DNA of 64,000 nt from Mobula hypostoma (taxonomy: Eukaryota), in the NCBI RefSeq assembly GCF_963921235.1, contig NC_086097.1, positions 188,792,001 through 188,856,000 on the forward strand. The letters run 5' to 3'. Under the pieces are notes generated by a model that was not told the origin of the DNA, ran no database searches, and worked only from the letters and a program-made list of their open reading frames with translations. The position numbers and the translations under genes are program-made. Shown here piece after piece: positions 14,605-27,300 of this stretch (position 1 is the stretch's first letter; the number at the start of each line of letters is the position of its first letter).

Positions 14605-15738
14605 TTGGTGAGAGTGCACCTGGAATATTGTGCTCAGCTCTGGTCACTGTAGTACAGAAAGATGTGATTAAGCTAGAGAGGGTGAAGAAAAGATTCAGAA
14701 GGAAGTGTCTGGCCTGGAAGACGAGTCATAAGGAGAGACGGTTTTCCTAGGAGTGAAGGAAGTTTAGTGATGACCTCGGAAAGGTTTATAAAATCAAGAG
14801 GGACATTGGATTGTCACAGTCTTTTTCCCAGGTTAGGAATGTCTGAAACTAGAGGGCATAGGTTTAGATGAGGGAGGAACATTTTCAAGTTTCTCACACA
14901 AAGGGTGGTGGTATATTAAATGAGCTGCCAGAGCAAGTGGACGTTGTGAATATCAACGTGGGGATTTTTAAAACGCTGGATCCCAGCACCGAAGGATGTT
15001 GAAGATGGAGAGGAGAACATAAGGTACCAGTGCAGTGGTGAAAATAGAGAATTGTAATTCAAGACCTTGGATGGAAATCGGGATAGTGGTAGCAGAGGCT
15101 AGATTAGGACTGGAGGTTTGTTGTGATATAGTGTGAAAGAGTAGTGGTGATGCTATTAACAAACCGCGCCATTATGAGTACATTATCCTGGGAGAGCCAA
15201 ATTCCAGAACAAAGTGGTACAAATTCATCTGATGCTCTCCGAAAGGTGTATTGCATAGATTAGAGGAGGTTTGTCATTTTTTAAAAATTAACTTTGCCAA
15301 AAATATGGCAAATGGAATTCAGTGCAGTGAAATATGAGCAAGTAGGTTTGGGAAGTACAATGCGTAATAAATCAGACAGTACTGAGTAATGTGGTTGAAC
15401 AGAAGGACTGGATCTTATAAGCATGTGGACAGATTGATATGGTGGCTAAAAATGCATATGGAATTTTTTTCATTAGCTAAAGCATAAATTATGACTACAC
15501 AAGAAAATAAGAGTAAGATCAAAAATATGTTCTACTACATTAGTTGCATCACAACCTGAGCACTGCTTAAAGATTTGAATAGCATATCACAGGAATGGTA
15601 AGGTGCAGAACAAACTTACAAGGAAGCTGCCAACAGTAAACTATTTTAGCTATGAAGAAAGATTGAAAAGGCTGGGGTTGTTTTCATTTATAAGAGATCA
15701 GGTTGAAGGAAGACTTATTTGAGATGAAAACATTATGT
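14605..15738 (+). mobile_element. Old CR1 fragments (about 14605-14940 and 15200-15738)
   Basis: Degenerate LVR.HLEYCAQLWS and SYEERL.RLGLFS motifs. Confidence 0.55.
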
Positions 15739-16225
15739 CCAGCTCCTGGCCTTCACGCGTGGTTTAGCTACTCAAGCCGGTGGAACCATTTCTACTAATA
15801 GAAGCGTGGCAAAGGCGGGTTACAGGCATTTTAAAACCAGTCGCTTCGGGTAGACGGGGCTCGTCAGCCGTGGCTGCCAGTTCTTCCAGGAAATGGAAAA
15901 CTCTGATCTCAAACCTCCAACGCCTTGTGGTTATACGCATTCGTGGGGAAGGCCTCGGGAGTAAACTCCGAGGAAACATTTGGAGCTGGAGTCCCTGGGG
16001 CAGTCCTACATTGTGTTGAACTCAGATTGGTAACTCCTGCAATACTACTGGTGCCAAACCGTCGTTGCCGTTCCTTTGGATTCATCATCTGTGTGGATAG
16101 AGACAGTGGCTGCGCGGGCAACAGTCTGGTCCCAATATCGTACTGCCCTGGCTTGCGTATCGCATAAACAGGTAGGACACAACAGCCATGGTCGAATCTG
16201 AACAATAGGAAGCCTCAAGTTAAAA
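15739..16225 (+). mobile_element. Non-autonomous retroelement, probably derived from an RTE 5' UTR
   Basis: 12-bp TSD AAAACATTATGT (15727-15738 and 16226-16237); CpG-rich relative to flanks; shares GGGAGTAAAC, ACTGGTGCCAAAC and TTCCTTTGGA with 20793-21101. Confidence 0.7.
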
Positions 16226-16923
16226 AAAACATTATGTAAAGCTCAACTGCATAGGGTGGATCTATCTTACTTAGCAGAGGAATCAAAATGTCTTGTGAGC
16301 AGTATGTTTACCCAGCATGATTTTTCAGCGAGTTTAGCTGGGGCTGATAATAACTACTGATACAAAATAACAGGGTTAATTTTCATTCAGCATTCCCTTG
16401 CCGCATTTTTATTCCACCTCCAGTAGGAAAGAAGACTCAACAACAAATATCTCACTGGAACCCGCTGGCATTTCTCAGCACACAACTTACCTGGAACAGA
16501 AGCGGAGCTCTTTTTTTAAGCCACTGTAATTATTTCAGTGAGATGCAAGCTATTGTTATTATTCCTTGTCAGGCAACCATAAGAAAGCATTTTCTCATGC
16601 CAGTAATCAATCTTAATTTGACTAATAGTTTCTCCCCGGTAGTTTTTAAAATTCAAATCACTATTCTGTGGTGGGGCTTTCTTTTCATCGGTGCTCTGTG
16701 CACCATCTGCTGGCGTTGCGATGAATTGGTCTATACTCCCCCAAATTGCTGAAATGCAATTGGATGAATAGAAGAGATGATTATTAAAGGGTTGATAGAG
16801 CTATTATCTGAATGAGATTCCTTATAGAGCTAGTTACGACTATTTGGAATTAAAATTTCAACAGGCGAATATTTTAATAACAATAATTGTAAAATAAAAT
16901 TAAGGGAACAATAGCATCTATTT

Positions 16924-17116
16924 GCAACACACACAAAATGCTGGAGGCACTCAGCAGGCCAAAAAGCATCTCTCGAAAACAGTTGATGTTTTGGTCCAAG
17001 ACGCTTCTTCAGAAGAAGGGTCTCGGCCCAAAATGTCAAATGTTTAACTCTTTTCCATAGACACTGCCTAATCTGCTGACTTCCTCCAGCACTGCGTGTG
17101 TATGTTGCTTTGGATT
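16924..17116. mobile_element. Fold-back mini-element made of two head-to-head Penelope termini; tail resumes at 18565-18600 after a CR1 insertion
   Basis: GCAACACACACAAAATGCTGGAGG... pairs imperfectly with ...CCTCCAGCACTGCGTGTGTATGTTGC; both arms resemble the ends of 58152-60340. Confidence 0.7.
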
Positions 17117-18564
17117 ATAAACATATAACAACTACAGCATGGAAACAGGCCATCTTGGCCCTTCTAGTCCGTGCTGAACTCTTTCCCTCACCTAGTCCCA
17201 CCGACCTGCACTCAGCCCATAACCCTCCATTCCTTTCCTGTCCATATAGCTGTCCAACTTAACTTTAAATGACAACACCGAACCTGCCTCAACCACTTCT
17301 GCTGGAAGCTCATTCCACACAGCTACCACTCTCTGAGTAAAGAAGATCCCCCTCATGTGACCTGTAAACTTTTGCCCTTTAACTCTCAACTCATGTCCTC
17401 TTGTTTGAATCTCCCCCACTCTCAATGGAAAAAGCCTATCCACGTCAACTCTATCTATCCCCCTCGTAATTTTAAATACCTCTATCAAGTCCCCCCTCAA
17501 CCTTCTACGCTCCAAAGAATAAAGACCCAACTTGTTCAACCTTTCTCTATAACTTAGGAGATAAAACCCAGGCAACCTTCTAGTAAATCTCCTCTGTACT
17601 CTCTCAATTTTATTGACGTCTTTCCTATAATTTGGTGACCAGAACTGTACACAATACTCCAAATTTGGCCTCACCAATGCCTTATACAATTTCAACATTA
17701 CATCCCAACTCCTATACTCAATGCTCTGATTTTAAAGGCCAGCATACCAAAAGCTTTCTTCACCACCCTATCCACATGAGATTCCACCTTCAGGGAACTA
17801 TGCACCATTATTCCTAGATCCCTCTGTTCTACTGCATTCTTCAATGCCCTACCATTTACCATGTATGTCCTATTTTGATTAGTCCTACCAAAATATAGCA
17901 CCTCACATTTACAAGCATTAAGCTCTATCTGCCGTCTTTCAGCCCACTCTTCTAAGTGGTCTAAATCTCTCTGCAAGCTTTGAAAACCTACCTCATTATC
18001 CACAACTCCACCTATCTTAGTGTCATCTGCATACATACTAATCCAATTTACCACCCCATCATCCAGATCATTAATATATATGACAAATAACATTGGACCC
18101 AGTACAGATCCCTAAGGCACACCACTGGTCACTGGCCTCCAATCTGACACACAGATATCCACCACCACTCTTTGGCGTCCTCCATCCAGCCACTGCTGGA
18201 TCCATTTTACTACTTTGATATTAATACCTAATAATTGAACCTTCCTAACCTTGTCAAAGGCCTTACTGAAGTCCATATAGACAACATCCACCACTTTACC
18301 CTTGTCAACTTTCCTAGTAACCTCATCAAAACTTCAATAAGATTTGTCAAACATGACCTTCCACACACAAATCCATGTTGACTATTCCTAATCAGACCCT
18401 GTATATCCAGATAATTATATATACCATCTCTAAGAATACTTTCCATCAATTTATCCACCACTGACGTCAAACTCACAGGCCGATATTTGCTAGGTTTACT
18501 CTTAGAACCCTTTTTAAACAAAGGAACGACATGAGCAATACGCCAATCCTCTGGCACCATCCCC
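17117..18564 (-). mobile_element. CR1 LINE, 5'-truncated
   Basis: RT ORFs (VPEDWRIAHV, MDFSKAFDKV, YADDTK, LYKALVRPNLEYC); GGATT TSD at 17112-17116 and 18565-18569. Confidence 0.93.
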
Positions 18565-19996
18565 GGATTCCCAGCATATGCTTATTTTATCGTGTTTCTG
18601 TTTAACATCTATGTAATACTTTTCAAAATTCAAGTGAAATACGCAGTACATGATGATTCAGGGCATTACACATTGCAATACTGTGGTGGGATATTGAGTC
18701 AGACTCTGTAATATTGACCTAATGGATTCCTGTCTCAGAATGTTTGTTGCTGGAAAAATCTTGACAAGTGCATCCCTTGTAAGCTGGAAGTCCATTCGAA
18801 GTTTGGTGTCCTGGTTGAAAGATGCACCCAACACATTTCATTCTTGCTCATCTCCATCACTTGCTCCAGCTGACATTGTGGGGCATTTAGTGTTGTTGCC
18901 TCCTCTTTGCTCCAAGTCTTCAGCTTCAATTGTGACCTTGGATACCATCTGTGCAGAGTCTGCACAGTCTTTCTATGGCTGTGAGAGTTCCCTCCCTCAT
19001 ACCAAATACATGTTGGTTAATTAATTGGCTACTGTATATTACCACTTAGTGTTAATGGCAAAAGGAATTAAAATTAAATTGATATACATGAATAAGAAAG
19101 GACTTCTTAATTATATACTCAATTTTTTTAGGTTGAAATTATTGATCTATACTAAAAATTGCAAGTGAGCCGCTCAGTCCTGTGGCAACTGACTGTATCG
19201 AGCCTTTGGGAGATCAGAAAGCCCTATTCATCGACCCACTGAACCAGTTTTAGAACAAAATTGCTACATTTCTTTGAATTCCATGAACTCGAATATGCCA
19301 GTCAGTTCGTTGCCTTAACCACATTGCTAAGATTCACAAATTGCGTCAAATTTCTCTCCCATATTATTCCCTCCTGTAATATCTCAGGAAAATATTCCAT
19401 CTAATTTGTTAGTCTGACCTTTGCTTAATAAATCTAAGGTTTTGAATTGAAATGGAAATTATGCAGTTTTAAGGACACATATGCCAGAATTAACTTCTTA
19501 GTCTCTTCTGTTTTTCAATCTGGCTCTACTGGGAAGTGATGAGATTTCCAATCGATGGTTAATGTGTAGTGTAAGAGAAATTAAATTCGACCAAATACAC
19601 AGAAGAAAGTGCAGTCCAACCTGATTAGTAATACTCTTGTATTTTGTTGTTTTGCTTATCTTGTCCATTGACCATTGAATTAGTTTCTCTGATAGGAGTC
19701 AACTTACATGTAGTTAATGTTCATCAAGATATCCATGTGCCTCCTATTAATTTAAGATGGTATGCTATTTACAACTAATTTGAGAAAATGTTTACTTTCT
19801 GCAATAAAAATAGGAAATTGTTTAAGAGTAATGTGTAAACTTACTTTAATTGTATTATTAGATTGTATTACATTATGGTTAGGATAGCCAAGAGTTCTGC
19901 AGAACTCATCCTTTTGGTAAAAGTGTTGCATTAGTTAAACGGGGAAGTGACAAAATATTTAAACTGGGAAAGGAAAGAAGTTGGGAAAGCTGACTT

Positions 19997-20309
19997 TCCT
20001 CTGGTAAGTCCACCCCCACCCCACCCCTGACAGTATCCAAAGTGGTATAATTGTTATGTAGTGAACGGCCATAGAGATCTCTGTACTGTCTGCCTAGTCC
20101 CTTCTCACTCTTGACAGTCACCCAGCTGCCTGTCTCTTGCGGCTCAAGTGTGACTGACTCCTTGTAACTCCTGTCTGCTGACCCTCCATTCTCCCTAATG
20201 ATGCATAGGCCATTCGATTCCCTCACATGGTCTGTACGGAGCTGCAGCCGAATGCATGTCTCCAGGTGTAGCGATCAGAGACATCGGAGGTCTCCCTAAC
20301 TTCACACAT
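19997..20309 (-). mobile_element. CR1 ORF1 fragment
   Basis: GSWVTV, NNYTTLDTV and DLPEES resemble CR1 ORF1; similar to 29200-29400. Confidence 0.6.
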
Positions 20310-20363
20310 TGTAACTGATTATTTGTGTATGCACACATGTTGCGCTGGAAGTAGCTGCCGAAG

Positions 20364-20656
20364 ATGCCGGGAGAAAATGGCTCCCAAGCAGGGCGCTAAG
20401 GAGACCATGATGAAGCAGATTCACCCTGACGCTGGCACCTCCTTCAAGGCCACGTGCATCAAGAACTCAATATTGAACGATATTTTCGGGCGTTTCGCGG
20501 GCGAGGCTTCCTGCCTGGCTCATTATAACAAGCGGTCAACCACCAGCTAGCTCCTGGGAGACCCAGACCGTCATGCACTTGCTGCTGCCTGGCGAACTGG
20601 CCAAACACGCCGTGTCGGAGGGCACGGTGATGACCAAGTATACCAGCTCCAAATGA
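20364..20656 (+). pseudogene. H2B: Histone H2B pseudogene
   Basis: [16 protein letters not shown]...[22 protein letters not shown] and [24 protein letters not shown]-tail deletion, frameshifts, premature stop; degenerate stem-loop remnant near 20685-20702. Confidence 0.93.
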
Positions 20657-20792
20657 AGCTTGCAAAACTGGCAGTCTCAAAACAAAAGATCTCAGAACCA
20701 CAGGAAGTCTATATTTAATAAATAGCTGTAACAACTTTGTATGGACTGAGTTGTTTGTATTTATCTTAAATTTATGTCTTTAGAATTCTAAA

Positions 20793-21101
20793 GACCCCAG
20801 CTATGGGTAGATAGCCCCACTGCCTTGTGGGCAGCTTGGGACTCGGGAGAGACGAAGGCTACGGGAGTAAACCCAGACAGAAAATCCGGAGTGGTGCAGC
20901 CAGGGCGGCTGGACGTCATTGAACATCCTTCCGGCATCTTCAGCAGCCAAACTGGTGCCAAACATACTGCTTCGCTTTCCTTTGGACTACACCGGTGAGG
21001 CCGAGAGGTGGATCTTGACGAATGGGCATCCCAGGATCTCCATCATACCTTCTGCCTAGTCTTGTGCCCAAGAGACAGAAGGATGTCATCATCACCATCA
21101 T
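20793..21101 (+). mobile_element. Non-autonomous RTE-related retroelement with (CAT)n-like tail
   Basis: Shares motifs with 15739-16225; ends GTCATCATCACCATCAT. Confidence 0.6.
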
Positions 21102-21106
21102 ATATA

Positions 21107-22000
21107 CACATTGTGGATTCCAGTTAATTGTGCCATTAGCTAATAAGGGCAGCTGTGTATTTGGGACAACTCTTAAAGAACAAATACCAAATGGAGAAAA
21201 TAGCTGGGATTTCCTTTGTTATTTTGTACACTATGTCACTTAATTAGGGCAAAAGTCTGTTGATGAACAGTTTCTAACTAGCGTCAGATGCGCGCACTCG
21301 CACGGCGGTACGACACTACACTGTGCTTAGAGCGAACAGTTTTTAAATAGCACCAGTTGCGCTGTGTTTGTTGTCACTGATAGTTGGTGAGAAATAAGCA
21401 GTCAGTAAAGACAATTCAGAACTGCTTTTTTTTATCGTGGTTCCAAGAATTTAGGCTTGGAGATGCCAGAAACAGCCGGCAGTGAAAATGAAGCGATTGT
21501 AGTGAAATTTTAATCTTAAGTTAGGAATTGCAATTTGAATGTTACATTGAAATTGAAGATTTGGAGGATGCAATCATCTGAAGCATCGTGCGAAGGTAGT
21601 CCATTATCTGCACTAGGTTTCTGCGTGGATTTTCTTCATTTACAGTCAATCATAAGAATAAAACATAGAAACAGAAAAACTACAGCATAATACAGGCTCT
21701 TTGGTCCACAGTGCTGTGCCGAACCTGTACTTACTTTAGAAATTACCTAAGGTTACTGGTAGAATAAGGCAGATCAATTCCTCAGTTGAGAACTACACAA
21801 TTTTATAGTACTATAGAAGTACTGGCAGTGTCCTCATTTGTTTTGTATTTAACTTAAACACAAAACTTGTTACTCAATTCAACTGTAGTTTGTCTTTTCA
21901 TATCTTGTAACTATTTCCCAGAAACTGGCTAATTAGGGCAGCCAGTTAATTAGGCCTAAACGCGTTGGTCCCAATGTATTCCATTAAGCAGAATCGACTG
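21107..22000. mobile_element. pogo/Tigger-like non-autonomous DNA transposon
   Basis: Imperfect TIRs (GTGGATTCCAGTTAATTG / CATTAAGCAGAATCGACTG-TA) and sub-terminal inverted TTAATTAGGGC motifs; no transposase ORF. Confidence 0.55.
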
Positions 22001-22787
22001 TATATACAGTACATATGGTGACTTTCTTTTATGGGTTAGTGCTTTTAAAATTATCAGACATTTTAACTTACAATAGTTTTTCCATCTTGCTGAATGTCAG
22101 TGTTAGTCTAGGATTTTTGTGGGCATGTGTTTTTTGGTCTCTGTTTTGTAAGTGGGTTTAGGATTGGAATGGCGAATTCCAATCTAGTCTAATCTAATTT
22201 CAGTAAGATTCTCTAATGTCGCAAATATATATTTTTCAGTGGTTGTAACTCTTTCAGTTGGACATCCAAAATCCAATTTGCAAAGGTATTAATTTTGGCC
22301 AAAGACTTTGCTGAGGTTTATTATTTGCTCTTCAAATGCCTAATCAGTACTTCAGGAAGCAATGTCTTGATAATTCATCACCACCTTTACATGTAGAAAA
22401 TATTCAGGAAACACATGCACATTACTCACATCAGTCATGTAAAATTGCACCAAAGTTCATGTAAACCCTATAATCTCACTTGCATTTTTCCAGAAATTTG
22501 CTGACGCAGTAACCACACCAGATAATAGATTGTTAAAAATATCTTTATTTACTCAGAAAATCAATGAAAATCAATCATTACCTCCTTGTGCAACTGAATC
22601 CTCAATTTCCTCACTTGCAGACCACAATCAGTTTGGATTGGCAACAACATCTCCTCCACAATCTCTATCAGCACAGGTGCATCACAATGCTGTGTGCTTA
22701 GGCCCCCGATCTACTCACTTTACACTTACGACTCTGAGGCTAAGCACAGCTCCAATGTCATATTCAAGTTTACTGAAACAAAAGTGA

Positions 22788-23030
22788 TGATGAATCAGCA
22801 TATGGGAGGGAGATTGAAAACCTGACTGAGTGGTGCCTTAACACCAACCTTTTATTCAACGTTAGCAAGACCAAGGAGCCGATTATCAACTTCAAGAGAA
22901 GGAAACCAGAGGTCCATGAGTAAGACAGAGGTGGAGAGGATCAGCAATTTAAAATTACTCCATGTAATTATTTCAGAGGGCATGTCCTGGGCCCAGTATG
23001 TACTTTGATAATAAATTTACATTAAACTTT
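22788..23030 (+). mobile_element. Rex1/Babar internal fragment
   Basis: DESAYGREIENLTEWC.NTNLLFNVSKTKE translation. Confidence 0.7.
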
Positions 23031-24390
23031 AAAATAGCTTACATTTTGCATTTCTAGTTCAATTTGCATTTCTTCTTTATTATCCTGTATTATAGAGTCA
23101 TAGAACATTACAGCACAGGAACAGGCTCTTTGGCCCATCTAGTCTGTGCCAAAACATTAACCTAGCTGGTTCCAATGAGCTGCACTCAGACCATAGCCTT
23201 CAGTACCCCTCACATCCATGTACCTATCCTACTTCTCTTAAATGTTGAAATCAAAATCGCATCCACCACTTGTGTTAGCAGCTCATTCCACACTCTCACC
23301 ACCCTCTCAGAGAAGAAATTCTTCCTCATGTTCCCCTTAAACATTTAAACATTTCACCTTTCACCCTTAACCCATGACCTCTAGTTGTAGTCTCACTCAA
23401 CCTCAATGGAAAATGCCTGCTTGCATTTACCCTGTTTATACCCCCCATAATTTTATATACCTCTATCAAATCTCCCCTCATTCTTCTATATTCTAGAGAA
23501 TTAAGTACTAACTTATTCAACCTTCCCCTATAACTCAGGGCCTCAAGTCCCAGCAACATCCTTGTAAATTTTCTCTGTACTCTTTAAATCCTATTTACAT
23601 CTTTCTTGTAGGTATGTAGGTCACCAAGACCAGACAAAATACTCAAAATTAGGCTTCACCAACATCTTGTACAACTTCAACATAACATCCTAAATCCTGT
23701 ACTCAATAATTTGATTTATGAAGGCCAAGGTACCAAAAGCTTTCCTTACAACCCTATCTACCTGTGACGCCACTTACAAGGAATTATGTATCTGTATTCT
23801 CAGATCCCTCTGTTTGACCACACTACCACTCATTGTGTAAGACCTACCCTGGCTGGTCTTCCCAAAGTGCAACACCGCGCACTTGTCTGCATTAAATTCC
23901 ATCTACTATTTTTCTGCCCATTTTCCCGGCTGGTCCAGATACTGTAACATACATTGGTAGTCTTTCTCGCTGTCCACTACACCCCAAAACTGCAAATTTG
24001 CTGATCCAGTTTACCACACTAACATCCAAATTGTTGATGTAGACGATGAACAACAATGGACCCAACACCTATCCCTGCGGCATACTACTAGTCACAAGAT
24101 TCCAGTCAGAGAGTTAACCATCTGCTACAACTCTCTGGCTTCTCCAATTTACTACTTCATCTTGAATGCCAATTCACTGAACCTTTTTGACCAAGCTCCA
24201 ATGCAGGACCTTGTCAATCCTTGTTAAAATTCATGTAGAAAACACCCAGTATCTTAACTTCATCAGATCTCCTGGTAACTTCTTCAAAAAGCTCTATAAG
24301 ATTTGTTGGACACGATTTACTACACACATAAGGGCATATTGACTGCCCCTAATCAGCCCCTGTCTATCCAAGTACTTATTTATCGAGTCC

Positions 24391-27300
24391 AATAAGACCA
24401 TAAAACCATAAGATATAGGAGCAGAAGTAGGCCATTCAGCCCATCGAGTCTGTTCTGCCATTCAACCATGGCTGATCCAATTCTTCCAGTCATCCCAACT
24501 TCTCTGCCTTCTTCCCATACCCTTTAAAGCCCTGGCTAATCAAGAACCTATCTATCTTTGCCTTAAATGCACCCAATGACTTGGCCTCCATAGCTGCTCG
24601 TGGCAACAAATTCCACAGATTTACCAGCCTCTGACTAAAGTAATTTCTCTGCATCTCTGTTCTAAATGGACGTCCTTCAATCCTGAAGTAATGCCCTCTT
24701 GTCCTAGACTCCCCTACCATGGGAAATAACTTTGCCATATCTAATCAGTTCAGGCCTTTTAGCATTTGGAATGTTTCTATGAGATCGCCCCTCATTCTCC
24801 TGAACTCCAGGGAATACAACCCAAGAGCTCCCAGACATTCCTCATATGGTAACCCTTTCATTCCTGGAATCATTCTCGTGAATCTTCTCTGAACCCTCTC
24901 CAATGTCCGTAAATAAGGAGCCCAAAACTGCACACAGTACTCCAAGTGTGGTCTCATGAGTGCCTTTTAGAGCCTCAACATTATATCCTGCTTTTATATT
25001 CTATACCTCTAGAAATGAATGCCAACATTGTATTTGCTTTCTTCACCACCGACTCAACCTGGAGGTTAACCTTTAGGGTATCCTGCACAAGGACTTCCAA
25101 GTCCCTTTGCATCTCTGCGTTTTGAATTCTCTCTCCATCTAAATAATAGTCTGCCTGCTTATTTCTTCCACCAAAGTGCAAGACCATACATTTTCCAACA
25201 TTGTATTTCATTTGCCACTTTGCACATTCCCCTAAACTATCTAAGTCTCTCTGCAGGCTCTCTGTTTCCTCAACACTACTTGCTCCTCCATCTATCTTTG
25301 TATCATCAGCAAATTTAGCCACAAATCCATTAATACCATAGTCCAAATCATTGACATATATCATAAAAAGCAGCACTGACCCCTGTTGAACTCCACTGGT
25401 AACCGGCAGCCAACCAGAATAGGATCCCCTTATTCTCACTCACTGTATTCTGCTGATCAGCCAATACCCAACCCATGCTAGTAACTTCCCTGTAATTCCA
25501 TGGGCTCTTATTTTGCTAGGCAGCCTCATGTGCATCACCTTTTCAAAGGCCTGAAATCCCAAGTACACCATGTCTACTGCATCTCCTTTGTCTACCCTGC
25601 TTGTAATTTCCTCAAAGAATTCCAATAGGTTTGTCAGGCAGGATTTTCCTTTCAGAAAACCATGCTGGCTTTGGCTTATCTTGTTATGTGCCTCCAGGTA
25701 CTGCGTAATCCTATCCCTAACTATTGATTCTTTAGTTTCCTTTCTGTTGCCTCCCACCCTTCTTAAATAGCAGAATAACACTTGCAATTTCCAGTTATCC
25801 GGTATAACGCCAGAATCTATCGATTCTTGAACGATCATTGTTAAGGCCTCTGCGACCTCTCCAGCTACTTCCTTCAGAACCCGAGGGTGAATTCCATCAG
25901 GTCCAGGAGATTTATCCACCCTCAGACCATTAAGTTTCCTGAGCACCTTCTTAGTTGTAATTTTCACTGCACATACTTCACTTCCCTGACACTCTTGAAT
26001 GTCTGGTATACTGCAGATGTCTTCCACTGTGAAGACTGAATACGCATTCAGTTCCTCTGCCATCTCTGTACCTCTCATTACAATATCTCCAGCGTCATTT
26101 TCCATTGGTCCTATATCTACCTTCAACTCTCTTTGACTTCTAATATACTTAAAAAAGCTTTTCATATCTTCTTTGATATGTCGCCAGCTTACTTTCATAA
26201 TCCACGTTTTCCTTCCTAATGACCTTCTTAGTTTCCTTCTGCAAGTTTTTAAAAGCTTCCCATCCTTTATCTTGCTACTAGCTTTGCCTTCCTTGTATGC
26301 CCTCTCTTTTGATTTTACTTTGGCTCTGACTTCACTTGTCAGCCACAGCAGTGTCTTTCTTCCATTCGAAAATTTCTTCTTGTTTGGAATATATCTCTCT
26401 TGCACTTCCCTCATTTTCTGTAGAAACTCCAGCCATTTCTGCTCTTCTGTCCTTCCTGCTAGTGTCCCTTTCCAGTCAACCTTGGTCAGTTCCCCCCCCC
26501 AAGCAATTTTAATTTCCTTTATTTTGCTGAAATACCAACACGTTGTAATTTAGTTTCTCCTTCTCAAATTTCAAAGTTCACTCGATCATATTGTGATTGC
26601 TGCTCCCTAAGGTTCCTTAATCTTAAACTCACTTAACATCTCCGGATCATTGCACACATCTAATCCAGCACAAGTGATCCCCTAGTGGGCTCAACAAGCT
26701 GTTCTAAAAAGCCATCCTTTAGACATTCTACAAATTCTCTCTCTTGATGTCCAGTACTGGCCTGGTTTTCCCAATCCACTTTCATGTTAAAATCCCCAAC
26801 GGTTATCATGACATTGTTCTTCTGACACACCTTTTCTCTCTCCTGCTGTAATTTGTAATCCACATGCCGGCTCCTGTTCGGAGGCCTGTATACAACTGCC
26901 ATTAGGGTCCTTTTACCCTTGCCATTTCTTAACTCAACCCATAGAGACTCTACACCTTCTGATCCCATGTCATTCCTTTCTAATGATTTAATATTATTTC
27001 TTATACACGGGGCCACACCACCCCCTCTGCCTACTAAACTATCTTTCTGATACATCATATATCCTTGAACGTTCAGCTCCCAATGGCAGCCATCCTTTAG
27101 CTAAATTTCAGAGATAGCCACAATGTCATACTTGCCAATCTGTAGCTGAATTTCAAGATCATCCATTTCTTTTATTATGCTGCATGCATTCAAGTAAACA
27201 TAGAAACATAGAAAATAGGTGCAGGAGTAGGCCATTCGGCCCTTCGAGCCTGCACCGCCATTCAGTATGATCATGGTTGATCATCCAACTCAGATCCCTG

